Shown here: piece after piece, positions 40,815 through 53,997 of the stretch
How the letters are laid out: each line of letters begins with the position of its first letter
Position numbering within the stretch: position 1 is the first letter of the stretch
NCBI RefSeq assembly: GCF_006345805.1
Contig: NC_043024.1
Span: forward strand, 5,828,001-5,892,000
Length of the DNA: 64,000 bases
Reading direction: 5' to 3'
Origin: Octopus sinensis
Taxonomy: Eukaryota
The notes under the pieces: generated by a model
Told to the model about the DNA's origin: nothing
Database searches by the model: none
The model's input: the letters and a program-made list of their open reading frames with translations, nothing else
Translations under genes and position numbers: made by a program

Positions 40815-41040
40815 TAGATAGATAGACAGATAGATAGATAGACAGACAGACAGATAGATAGAAGATGGATGGATAGATAGACAGATGGACAGATATACAA
40901 ACAGTTATGTATATAAGTATATCCATCCATCCACCTATCTATATATATAGACAGACATACAAATAGACACACAGACAGATATATAAATAGACAGACTGAC
41001 AGACAAAGAGATAGAGAGACAAAGAGACAGACAATTATGC
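40440..41040 (+). repeat. (AGAT/AGAC)n compound microsatellite
   Basis: Direct reading. Similar tracts at 35566-35650, 52030-52265, 54600-54770, 56175-56232 and 56890-57135. Confidence 0.95.
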
Positions 41041-41949
41041 TAAAAGACAGAGCTTGGTAGCTATTCCACATTCTGTACAGATAAACAGACAGGCAGGCAG
41101 GCGGGCGGGCAGATAGACAAACAGACAGACGATTACGTCTTTGCTAGCTTATTGCACATTGTGCATAGGATGGAGAGAGATAGAGACGAAGAGAGATAAG
41201 TAAATAGATTCCTTGTTTCTGCTGCACGGAGCTTTGCAGACGACAGGCGGTTAAGTGAAAAGACAGAGCTGGGGAAAGAGCTGTTCCTCATTCTCTTCTG
41301 TGCAACACAAGACCCACCCCATTCCCCCCACCCCGAACAGTGTCAGCCTCTTCATCTCATGACACATCAACAACAACAACAATAAACACAAAAAGAAAAC
41401 AAACACCACACACACAAACACAATACACACACACACTAATACATAAGCATGCACACACACTGCTATCTCTCTCTCTCTCTCTCTCTCTCATCTTTTACTT
41501 GTTCCAGTCATTAGACCGCGGCCATGCGGGAGCACTGCCTTGAGGAATTTTTAGTTGAATGAATCAGCTCCAGTACAAATTTTTTATCTCTTAAACCTGG
41601 GATGGCATTTATTGTATCGGCCCCTTTTGCCAAACTGCTAAGTTACGGGGATGTAAACACACCAACACCGGTTGTCATGCAGTAGTGGGGGACAAACACA
41701 CACATACACACACACAACAGGTTTCTTTCAGTTTCTGTCCACCACTCACAAGGCTTTGGTTGACCCAAATCTATATTAGAAAACACTTGCTCAAGGTACC
41801 ACACACTGGTATTGAACCCAAAACCTTGTGGTTGGGAAAGAAACTTCTTACCACACAGCCATGCTTACACCTATGTGTGTGTGTGTGTGTGTGCATATAC
41901 ACACACACACATTTCTAAATTTCCAGTTAAAATCAGAAAGACTTTAGTA

Positions 41950-42790
41950 AGAAGACACAAATAGATATAAGGGTGGGAATGGGGTAGAGTGACAGATGGA
42001 AAGGGTAGATGCATATAGACAACTCGATGGATGGATGGATAGCTAGAGGGATGGATAGATAGAAAGACAACTGGTGGTAACTTAAATAAATGGAAGGACA
42101 TATATATGGATAGATAGTTGAATGGGGTAGATTGGGATATGACATGGGTGGATGAATGGACACCCAAACAGATAGATGGATAGATGAGAGTACTGAATTG
42201 ACAGACAGATAAACAAACAGACGAACAGTTGGCTGGGTGGACTGACAGATACATAGATAGTTGAATGGGGTAGATTGATATATGAAAAGGGTGGATAGAT
42301 AGATGGATGTCTGAGAGAACAGAATCAACAGACAGACAAACAAATAGACGAACAATTGGCTGGGTGGATTGCTAGACACATAGATGAATAGATAGTTGAA
42401 TAGGGTAAATTGCTATTTGAAAAGGGTGGATAGATAGATGGTTGGGTAGATAGCCAGACAGAAAGATACATAAATGAAAGTACTGACTCAACAGACAGAT
42501 AAATAAATGAGACAGTTGATATTTGAAAAGGGTGGATGGATAGCAAGATAGAAAGAATGGATAGACATATAAACAAAATAGATGAAGAGTTCACTGGTTG
42601 GGTGGATTGACAAATAGATGGGTAGATAGGTGGGTAGACAGTTGGATCATTGAATAGACAATGGGGGATGGGGGTAGATGACGTACCCACAGGACAGACA
42701 AATAGACATAGTTGAATGGATGGGTAGATGAATCAATAAATACATAGATGAGTAGCCAGTTGAATGGGGTAGATTGGCATGGGTGGAGGG
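41950..42790 (+). repeat. Degenerate AGAT-derived minisatellite
   Basis: Recurrent GATAGTTGAATGGGGTAGATTG and GAAAAGGGTGGATAGA motifs at roughly 135-150-bp spacing. Confidence 0.65.
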
Positions 42791-43297
42791 ATAAGCACAC
42801 ATGTGCATATTCATCCTTTACTTCTTTCAAACATTGGATCCTGGTTATGCTTTTTTTTTTTTTAAAGTTTGGAACTTATTCTATCAATTTCTCAATCTCC
42901 CCTGCCAAACTGCCAAGTTATGGGAGTGCAAACAAACCAACACTGGCCGTCAAATGGTGGAAGAGGATACAAACATACAAATATGGATGTTAAATACTGC
43001 TGATGATGATGATGATGATGGTGTGTGTGTGTGTAAGTGTGGTTGATTGGTAAGAAGCTTGCTTCCCAATTGTATAGTTCTGCTGGTGCCGTGGTAGACA
43101 GCACCCGGTCCACTTGTGTGACACCTTGGGCATGTGTTTTCTACTATAGCCTTGGGCCAACCAAAACCTTGTGAGTGGATTTGGTAGACGGAAAATGAAG
43201 AAAAACCCACCGTATATACATACATATATACAGACGCCATGATAGATCGTTAGCTACTACACACATTTTTTTTTTCTCCTTGTTTTTTTCTGTGTTC

Positions 43298-43333
43298 CTT
43301 TCTGTAGAAGAGTGTACGCTCGAAACGTAAAAG
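43298..43333 (+). ncRNA. Minimal hammerhead-like motif with A6U core change
   Basis: CTTT-CTGTAGA-A-GAG(TGTACG)CTC-GAAA-CG-TA-AAAG; palindromic ACGT helix III. Confidence 0.5.
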
Positions 43334-43467
43334 ACTTTTTCTATTCCTGAGCATTATACTAACACATCTGTTAGTTTTGTACACCACCTGTCTTCGTATT
43401 TTGTTTTTTTTTCGGAAACTCTCCTTATATATATATATAAATATATATAAATATATATATATATATA

Positions 43468-43522
<55 letters not shown>

Positions 43523-44018
43523 TTATGTGTGTTTGTGGTGTCTTTGCTTCTGTGTTTGTCGCCCTACCATCGCTTGACAACCAATGTTGGTGAATTTACG
43601 TCCTCGTAACTTAGCGGATTGGCAAAAGCAATCAATAGAATAAGTACTAGGCTTACAAAGTAGAGGAATAAACACACACACACACACACACGGTGGGTCT
43701 TGTAAATTATTTGGTAATCTCACTGCTGCTGGTGCCATGTAAAAGGCACCCAGTCCACTCTGTAAAGTGGTTGGCATGAGGAAGGGCATCCAGCCATAGA
43801 AACCCTGCCAGCACGGAAAACAGACATGTTGATGATAGGTTTCCACACAGTTTCCATCTATAAGATTCACTCACAAGCATGAGTAGAAGACACTTGTTAA
43901 GGTGCCATGCAGTGGTTCTCAGGTTGAGTTGTTTGACTAAAATTCTTGAAGGCTGTGCCCCAGCATGGCCGCACCCAAATGATTGCAACGAGTAAAACAT
44001 AAGAGATATATATATATA

Positions 44019-44419
44019 GGCGCAGGAGTGGCTGTGTGGTAAGTAGCTTGCTAACCAACCAAATAGTTCTGGGTTCAGTCACACTGCGTGTCATCTTGGG
44101 CAAGTGTCTTCTGCTATAGCCCCGGGCCGACCAACGCCTTGTGAGTGGATCTGGTAGACGGAAACTGAAAGAAGCCCGTCGTATATATGTATATATATGT
44201 ATGCGTGTGTTTGTGTGTCTGTGTTTGTCCCCCTAGCATTGCTTGACAACCGATGCTGGTGTGCTTACGTCCCCGTAACTTAGCGGTTTGGCAATAGAGA
44301 CCGATAGAATAAGTACTAGGCTTACAAAGAATAAGTCCTGGGGTCGATTTGCTCAACTAAAGGCGGTGCTGCAGCATGGCCACAGTCAAATGACTGAAAC
44401 AAGTAAATGAGTAAAGAGT
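44019..44419 (+). mobile_element. Major tRNA-derived SINE (octopus OK-like), full-length example; over 25 copies or fragments in the window
   Basis: Head GGAGTGGCTGTGTGGTAAG..GGTTCAGTC, internal (TA/TG)n, tail ..GACTGAAACAAGTAAA. Other copies include 6270-6660(-), 37695-38092(-), 44431-44801(-), 44921-45320(+), 46245-46628(-), 54965-55370(+), 57541-57840(+), 59255-59648(-). Family name is from recall. Confidence 0.85.
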
Positions 44420-44799
44420 ATATAGATATATTCTTTTGCTTGTTTCAGTCGTTTGACTGTGGCCATGCTGGAGCACCACCTTTAGTCGAGCAAATCGACC
44501 CCAGGACTTATTCTTTGTAAGCCTGGTACTTATTCTATTGGTCTCCTCTGCCGAACTGCTAAGTTAATTGGACATAAACACATCAATTGTCAACACACGC
44601 ACACACAAGTACATACATATAAGATGGGCTACTTTTAGTTTCCATCTATCAAATCCACTCACAAGGCTTTGGTCAGCCCGAGGCTATTAGTAGAAGACTA
44701 ATAGCCTCGGGCTATTAGTCTAAAGGTGCCACGAAGTGGGACTGAACCTAGAACCATGTGGTTGGAAAGCAAACTTCATACCACACAGTCATTCCTGCA

Positions 44800-44849
<50 letters not shown>

Positions 44850-45789
44850 TGCATATAAAAATGTATAATATCATACATAGGACACCTTACATGCTAGAGA
44901 GGGAAAAAAAAAGATAAGTTAGGAGTGGCTGTGTAGTAAGTAGCTTGTTTACGAACCACATGGTTTCGGGTTCAGTCCCACTGCGTGGCATTTTGGGCAA
45001 GTGTCTTCTGCTATAGCCCCGGGCCGACCAAAGCCTTGTGAGTGGATTTGGTAGACGGAAAATGAAAAAAAGCCTCTCATATATATGCATATATATATAT
45101 GTATGTGTGTGTGTTTGTGTGTCTGTGTTTGTCCCCCTAGCATTGCTTGACAACCGATGCTGGTGTACTTACGTCCCTGTCACTTAGCAGTTCGGCAAAA
45201 AGAGACCGAGAGAATAAGTATTGGGCTTACAAAGAATAAGTCCCGGGGTCAATTTCCTTGACTAAAGGCGGTGCTCCAGCATGGCCACAGTCAAATGACT
45301 GAAACAAGTAAAAGAAAGAAAGAAAGAAAGAAAAGTCTTTGATTCACCTGTGGCGAATAATGACATTTGCCCCAAACGCCATGCATTGGGATTAAACTGG
45401 TAATCTTTTGATTGCAAAATGACTCTCTTAGCCCTGTGGCTAATCCAGCACCCAGATAGATAGTTAACCCTTTGGTATTTAAACTGGCCAGATTTAGTTC
45501 AAATATTCTTATTTCTTTATTGTCCACAAGGGGCTAAACATAGAGAGGACAAACAAGGACAAACAAAGGTATTAAGTCGATTACATCAACCCCAGTGCAT
45601 AACTGGTACTTAATTTATCAGCCCCGAAAGGATGAAAGGCAAAGTCGACCTCGGCGGAATTTGAACTCAGAACATAACAGCAGACAAAATACCACTAAGC
45701 AATTCACCTGGCATGCTAACAATTCTGCCAGCTCTCCGCCTTTAGTTAAAATCTAGTTCAAATATTCTACCAGTTTTATACACAACTGA

Positions 45790-46085
45790 AGGAACATGAC
45801 TCAATGGTTAGAGTGTTGAGATGACGATCGTGAGGTTGTGAGTTTGACTCTCAGACCGGCTGCATGTTGTGTTCTTAAGCAAGACACTTTATTTCATGTT
45901 GCTCCAGTCACTCAGCTGTATCAGCCTTTGCCTTTCCCTTGGATAACATCGGTGGTGTCAAGAGGGCAGGCTGGTATGCATGAGCGACTGCTGGTTTTCT
46001 GTAAACAACCTTGCCTGGACTTGTACCTCAGAGGTTAACTTTCAAGGTGCAATCCCATGGTCATTCATGACCGAAGGGGGTCATC
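45790..46085 (+). mobile_element. tRNA-headed SINE, further family (inverted fragment at 35300-35465)
   Basis: A/B-box-like head followed by AAGCAAGACACTTTATTTCATGTTGCTCCAGTCACTCAGCTGTA core. Confidence 0.6.
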
Positions 46086-46636
46086 CTTTATACTCAAACT
46101 AACCAGATCTGACCTCTCACACCTACCCTACAATGTCATTCTAAAAATATAGAACCACATCATCAAAAATTTTGAAGCTAACAAATATTGTATGATTAAT
46201 TCAAAACATATATATATATATATGTATGTATGCATGTATGTATACTTTTACTTGTTTCAGTCATTTGAATGGCCATGTTGAAGCACCGCCTTTAGTCGAG
46301 CAAATTGACCCCAGGACTTATTCTTTGTAAGCCTAGTACTTATTCTATCGGTATCTTTTGCTGAAACTGCTAAGCTATAGGGACATAAACCCACCAACAT
46401 CGGTTGTCAAGCGATGGGGTGGGGGACAAACACAGACACACAAACATATACATACATATATATGAGGGGCTTCTTTCAGTTTCTCTTTACCAAATCCACT
46501 CACAAGGCTTTGGTCGGCCCAAGGCTATAGTAGAAGACACTTGCCCAAGATGCCACACAGTGGGACTGAATCTGGAACCATGTGGTTGGTATGCAAGCTT
46601 CTTACCACATAGCCATGTCTGCACCTATATATATAT

Positions 46637-46668
<32 letters not shown>

Positions 46669-47009
46669 AGATATAAAACCACTATTATGCAACTCAAACA
46701 GTGATAGACATAAACCAAAACATAAATAACAAAAAATATATATCTTTATAAAACATATAACTTGTAACTAGATCTCAAAAGGTATAAAAATTAATGATCA
46801 ATATATAATATAATAAGTATAATAGTTATAAGTTATATGTTTTATAAAAATATATATTTTATTTGTTATTTATGTTTTGGTCTATTTCTATGACTGAGTT
46901 GCATAATAGTGGTTTTATCTCTAATTCATATTTTATATATTTATACTGTGAAATTTGATTTATTACTAAATTGAATTTTTCCCTGTAAGTTCGGAGTTAT
47001 ACTCCCTAA

Positions 47010-47015
<6 letters not shown>
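46669..47015. repeat. AT-rich palindromic element (arms 46669-46770 and 46823-46920)
   Basis: About 100-bp imperfect inverted arms, 52-nt spacer, flanked by (TA)n and (TTA)n. Confidence 0.75.
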
Positions 47016-47060
<45 letters not shown>

Positions 47061-47441
47061 TATATATATCTCATCATCATCATCACCATCGTTTAGTGTC
47101 CACTTTCCATGCTAGCATGGGTTGGACGGTTCAACTGGGGTCTGGGATGCCAGAAGGCTGCACCAGGCCCAGTCTGATCTGGTAGTGTTTCTACAGCTGG
47201 ATGCCCTTCCTAACGCCAACCACTCCGTGAGTGTAGTGGGTGCTTTTTATGTGCCACTGGCGTTGGTATCACAGCTACAATTTCCATTGATGTTGATCGA
47301 TTTTGATTTTGATTCTCACTTGCCTCAACAGGTCTTCACAAGTAGAGTTTTGTGTCCCAAGAAGGAAAGGTATGCATAAGTGGGCTGGCTACATCCCAGG
47401 TAAAGACCATGGGTTATGGTCTCGCTTGTCCTGCTGGGTCT

Positions 47442-47486
<45 letters not shown>

Positions 47487-47504
47487 TCTATATATATATA
47501 TATA

Positions 47505-48655
47505 TGTAAGTTTGGGCTGAAAAATTCAAAGGCTGACTATGAAGGAGTGATGCTAGAGTTGTGAAATCTTGCATGCGTTAATTTTACCTCTTCTTATTAA
47601 TAAATGCATTGTTTCTTTCCAGGTAAACTGACTTCTGACTGTTCAAAGAAGATTTCAAAAGTAACTCTTAACGATTTCTTTTGAAAATGGACAAAATTTA
47701 GCATCATGGTATTAACAAGTACCTACAGAAAACATTCATGGTGACATGGTTTTATTGAAGGTGCAAATGTGAGCAAATGAATTTAGAAGGCAAAGGTAGA
47801 GTCTTGAAGAAGATATGAGGTCTAAATGTCCTATAACTGCCACAACCAAGGAAAATATTGTGTTCACGATATGGTGACGGATGACAGGTTATTGACTCTA
47901 AATCAAATAGTCAATGCTATTAGCATATGCCATGAAAGATCTAAGAATATTCTGCACAATGGACTTGCATGATAAAGGTTTCTGCTTGGTGGGTGTCCTG
48001 TCTTCTGACGCCTGAACAAAGGTTCACCAGGCTGATCACATCACGGGAAAATCTGACAATGTTTGAGGCAGATCCAGCTGATTTCCGTGAACATTTCCTA
48101 TGCCAGGATGAATGTTGACTTCATCACTTTGAACCAGAGACAAAGAGACAATCCATATTGTGATAACACCCCTCCTCACCTGCTCCAAAAAAGACCAAGG
48201 TTGTTTCATCTATAGGGAAGGTGATGGCCTCAGTATTTTGGGATGTAAAAAGCATTGTGTTTATTGACTATCTTCAAAAGGGCCACACCATCATGGAGGG
48301 TACTATGCCAATTTGCAGGGGCAGTTATGAAAGGCTATAAAGAACAAATACAGAGGAAACCTCACAAAATGGGTCTTGTTTCATCAGAACAATGCTCTAG
48401 TACACAAGCCCTTGCTCTCAATGACTGCTGTGCTGATCATCCTCCCTATTCCCCCTAACTTGGCCCCTTCTGACTATCATTTGTTTCCCAACATTATAAA
48501 AAACACTTGACTGGAAACCAGTGTTGCAGTGATGATGACATCATGTCTGCTGTTGATGACTCATTTGAGTAAGAGGATGAAAGCTTCTTCGTCAATGGGA
48601 TCCAAGAACTGCAACACTGATGGAAGAAGTGTGTGGACTGCAAGGGAGACCAAAT
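47505..48655 (+). mobile_element. Degenerate near-full-length mariner (irritans/Hsmar2-like), transposase pseudogene
   Basis: HFEPETKRQS, GKVMASVFWDVKSIVFIDYLQKGHTI, HPPYSPNLAPSDYHLFP and WKKCVDCKG segments broken by stops and frameshifts. Confidence 0.88.
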
Positions 48656-49802
48656 AAACCTCATTTGGTCAGATTCCATGACTTGGACCCCAATGACCCT
48701 TCTAATCCATGCCAGCAAGAAAAGCAGATGTTGAATAATTACATCTTTTATCTTTTCCTCGTTTCTGTCATCAGACTGTGGCCAGTCTGGGGCACTTCCC
48801 TGAAGGATTTTAATCAAGCGAATTGACCCCAGTACGTATTTCCTTAAAGTCTGCTACTTATTCTATCAGTTTCTTTTGCTGAACTGCTAAGTTATGGGGG
48901 ACATAGAAACACCAACACCAGTTGTCAAGTAAGTGAGGACAAACAAAAACAACGACACACATACACATGGTGGGCTTCTTTCAGTTTCCATCTACCAAAT
49001 CCACTCACAAGGCTTTGATTGACACAAGGCTATAATAGAAGACATTTGCCTAAGGTGCCATGCAGTGGAATTGAACCCAGAACCATGTGGTTGAGAAGCA
49101 AATCTTCTTTTATATATCTTCTATTTTTTACTTGTTTCAGTCATTAGACTACGGCCATACTGGAACACCACCTTGAATAAATAAGTATGTATGCATAATT
49201 CTAACATCCATTTTTCCATGCCTGCATGAGTTAGAGGAATTCATTGAAGCAGATTTCCTGTGGCCAGATGCTCTTCCTATCACCAACCTGCACCTGATTC
49301 TAAGTAAAGTAATATTTTCCCATGGTCAACCAAGTTTACACAACGGACACTGATGGCATGATGGTCACCTGGCAGAAACGTTAGCACGTCGGGCGAAATG
49401 CTTAGCGGTATTTCGTCTGCCACTACGTTCTGAGTTCAAATTCCGCCGAGGTCAACTTTGCCTTTCATCCTTTCGGGGTCGATAAATTAAGTACCAGTTA
49501 CTCACTGGGGTCGACCTAATTGACTTAATCCCTTTGTCTATACTTATTTGTCCCCTCTGTGTTTAGCCCCTTGTAGGTAGTAAAGAAATAGGTATTTCGT
49601 CTGCCACTACATTCTGAGTTCAAATTCCACCGAGGTCAACTTTGCCTTTCATCCTTTCGGGGTCGATTAAATAAGTACCAGTATGCACTGGGGTCGATAT
49701 AATCGACTTAATACCTTTGTCTGTCCTTGTTTGTCCCCTCTGTGTTTAGCCCCTTGTGGGTAGTAAAGAAACAGGTAATTATCCCAATGTGAAGATGAGG
49801 AG

Positions 49803-49841
<39 letters not shown>

Positions 49842-50553
49842 CACACACACACAAAAGATGCATCTTTGAATTTCCCCAACCAGAAGGCTTTGGTCAGTTT
49901 GGCGCTAAAGTAGAATGCACTTCCTCAAAGTGTCATTTAGTGGAACTGAACTTGAAACCACGAGGTTGAGATGCAAACTGCTGAACGGCAGACACGCCTG
50001 CACCGGAATCGAACAAGCATGGAAAAGAGGAAATTAAAATGATGATATAATATACACACATGCACAGCTACAGAGATGGATGCTCTGAGCTGTGTATATA
50101 CATGTGTGTGTGTGTGTGTATCGCGTCATTGATAAAAATTGTCTGTAAGCTAACAGTCTCTATTCGTCCACGGACCCACCCACTCACTCTTCCGTCCAGC
50201 AGTCCACCCATCTCTCCCTCCCTCTCTCGCTCTCTCTTACTCATAATCTTTGCAATATAATTTTTATGATAATTATTCAATTTAATATCATTATTAATAT
50301 TAATGTCAATGACTGGAATACTTTCAGTAAAAATAATCTGTACATACACACATACACACACGCAGACATGCATATACATGCATAGCAGCACATGTATAGA
50401 ATAACATTCATAGTGTGTGCACATATATATACATATCTATCTATACACATATATATAATGCGAGAGATATACACATATACACACGCATATATATATTCTT
50501 GGACTGAGTCACACTCGCATACATTAACATGCATAGCAGAATACATCCACATG

Positions 50554-50597
<44 letters not shown>

Positions 50598-50913
50598 ACA
50601 CACACACAATCATCATTTAACGTCTGCTTTCCATGCTGGCATGAGTTGGACAGTTTGTCAGGTGCTGGCCAAACAGAAGACTGCACAATGTCTTGCAGTC
50701 TGTTTTGACATGGTGCATATATAAACATATACACACACACACATATATATGTATGTATGTAGGTATGTATATTCTTGGACTTACATATGCACGTATACAT
50801 CCATAATATACACTTACATGCATGTACATCTATAATATATATGGTATAGATCTGCACAAACATACATATACAATTATACATACACACATATATGCATTTA
50901 TACACACACATAT

Positions 50914-50945
<32 letters not shown>

Positions 50946-51708
50946 TATACACCCAATTATATGTTTAAACAAACTTTTTTTTTCTTGTTTTAATCTCTTA
51001 CATTTTACTTGTTGAACTCATAAGTTGGTGGCCATGCTGGGGCACCACATTGAAGAACTTTCAGTCAAATGAATCAACTCCAGTACTGACTGTTTTTTTA
51101 AGCCTGGTATTTATTCCATTGGTCTCTTTTGCTAAATGCTAAGTTACAGGGATGTAAACACACCAACACCGGTTGTCAAGGGGTGGTGGGGGACAGAGAC
51201 ACAAAGACACACACATGACAAGCTTTTTCCAGTTTCCGCCTACCAAATCCAATAACAAAGCTTTGGTCAGCCCAAGGCTATAGTAAAAGACACTTGACCA
51301 CAGTGACATGCTGTAGGACTGAACCCGGAACCATGTTGTTGGTAAACAAGCTTCTTACCACACTGCCATTCAAGCACCTATTTGTGCACACACATATGCA
51401 AATAGAGACTTACACACACATATATGCATACATAAATATATTTACACACACACTATCTCATAATTATATACATACACACACATATGAATATGTACATAAA
51501 CTGTCATGCAAACATTCACATACATACACAAGCGCACAGATCTATGCATACTTATACATATATATACACCGACAGACACACACATACTCACACAGGTATA
51601 AGCATATTTTAATCCATGTACATAAAAGCATAAACAGACCGACACACACGTTAGACACAAATGAATATACTTGCACCCACCCACACACATTTACATGTGT
51701 AAACATGG

Positions 51709-51741
<33 letters not shown>

Positions 51742-52038
51742 AGATATATATATATATACACACACACACACCATATATAACGAAACACACAAGCTGACAA
51801 CTGTGTATATTTTACAGGCAAACATACAGAACAGATACTGACAATCTAAGAGACACACATACCATAATCACAGGCAAAAAAGCTAATACATACATACACA
51901 CGAAGTCAATTCTATTCCAAATTTACATAGAAACACGTACATACATATATACACACATTCATGCATATAAAGAAGCACATATTTACATATAGCTATATAC
52001 AGGGACAATATATATTCACACACAGTTAGATTGAACGG

Positions 52039-52076
<38 letters not shown>

Positions 52077-52849
52077 TAGGATAGATGATAGATGGATGAT
52101 AGATGGATGGATGGATGGATGATAATGATGGATGGAATAGATAGACAACAGATAGATATAGATAGATAGATAGATAGATAGGGAGAGAGGAGATAGAGAG
52201 AGAGATAGAGAGATAGATAGAGAGATAGATAGATACAGACAAGATGATGGATAGATAGACAGACAGACAGAGGCATTATGCACGTACACACATTCAGAGG
52301 TACGTACGTACGTGCATGCATGGACGCATACATTATAAACACACAGACACACACGCCACTGACAAACATGCATATATTGATGAACACAGATATATACATA
52401 CATGTATGTGATACATACATACATACAGTAAGGTACAGACATACGTGCACACATATAAATGTATAACCTACGTATGTACAAACATAGACATGTACGTACA
52501 TGCATTATATATGTATATATATATACACACGCACACGCACAAAATGAAAGACCTCAAAGTATACATATATTTATATACATTGATTAACATGCATGCATGC
52601 ATGTATGCACACATGTATGCATTACATGTATGCCAACATGCATGCATGGATGCATGGATACAAGAGTTCTGGTGGGGAAAGCTGTTGTACGATGTCTTCC
52701 TTCAACATACAGTGAACGACATACGATATATACACCGACTAGAATAGAGGGTTGGTGGGGAAACGGTTGCAGCAGTAAGGTGTTATATATATATATATAT
52801 ATATATGTATATAGATATACGTGTGTGTATATATGTATATGTATATATA

Positions 52850-53720
52850 TGGGGAAGGGGAGAAAGGGAGGGGGGACAAGTGCGCATCTGTTGAGAGGAA
52901 AAGAGAAATTAAGAAGAAGAAAAAATGGGAGAACAAAGTGAGAGAGAGATGATAAGTGAGGACGAAGGAGAAAGAAATAGGTTTATAATGGAAGGAACTG
53001 GTGTTGGGGTGGGGTAATGTGGGCAGAAAAGGGCTGCGAGATTGAGGGAGGGAGGGAGAGAGAGAGACACAAAGAGAGAGAAATTGAGAGAGAGGGGGAG
53101 AAGGGGAGAAAGTATCAAGGAAAGAAAGTGAAAAATGAAAGAGTAAGAATCGAGGATAAGACTGGGAAAATGACAGAAAGGGACAAGAGAAATGTGCGCG
53201 TGAGAGAGAGAGGAGAGGGGAGAGGAGAAGGTGTGTGCCTGTGTGACAGAATAAGAAAGAGAGAGGGAGTAAGTAGGGGACAGATGCACACATAGGGTGA
53301 GAGAGAGAGAGAGAGAGAATAAAAGGAAAAGAAAGACATATGCAGTAAGACAGAAAGGGAGGGAGAGAGAATAAAAAGAAAGATATATGCAGTAAGACAG
53401 AAAGGGAGAGAGAGAGACACAGACAGACAGATAGTATGAGAGGGAGACAGAAAGACAGAAAGAAAGTGAGAGGAGACACGCAGTGTTATAAGAGAGAAAG
53501 GAAGAAAGAACAACGTGACACAAACACACAACATATACATACATACACACACACGCGCGCGCGTAGTATGAGAGAGAAAGAGAGAGAGACATACTGTATG
53601 AAAGAAAGAGAAAGAAAAAGAGAGACAGAGAGTATGAGAGAAAAAGAAAGTGAAGGGACCGACGAAAAGGAGAAGAAAATGAGAGAAAGTAGGAAAAACA
53701 AAGAATCAGATGACCAAATA
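52850..53720 (+). repeat. Long purine-rich (GA) tract
   Basis: About 870 bp, mostly A/G on plus; includes a roughly 52-bp direct duplication near 53310-53415. Confidence 0.9.
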
Positions 53721-53997
53721 TAAATGACAAAACATATTACATACCACATCAATATATTTAGATTCATGTATATACACACGCACACTTATATGCATAAATA
53801 TACATGAGTGTGTATATATATGTATATATATATATATATATGTATACATGTACATACACTCGCAATATACACGCATTACATATATGTAATGTATATATGG
53901 AAATAGAAGCGTATAGAGGCATAAATATGAATGTATGTGTGTAGAGGTTTAAGAAATAAAGTGAAAATGAAAATTGTAAGGGATTTCAAACCTTTAC

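Noticed and set aside
45348-45404. Apparent phase-1/1 minus exon (DYQFNPNAWRLGQMSLFAT) with CAG|GTGAAT donor
   Set aside because: Resembles a decayed SINE head, has a weak AAG acceptor, and is not needed for the integrin frame.
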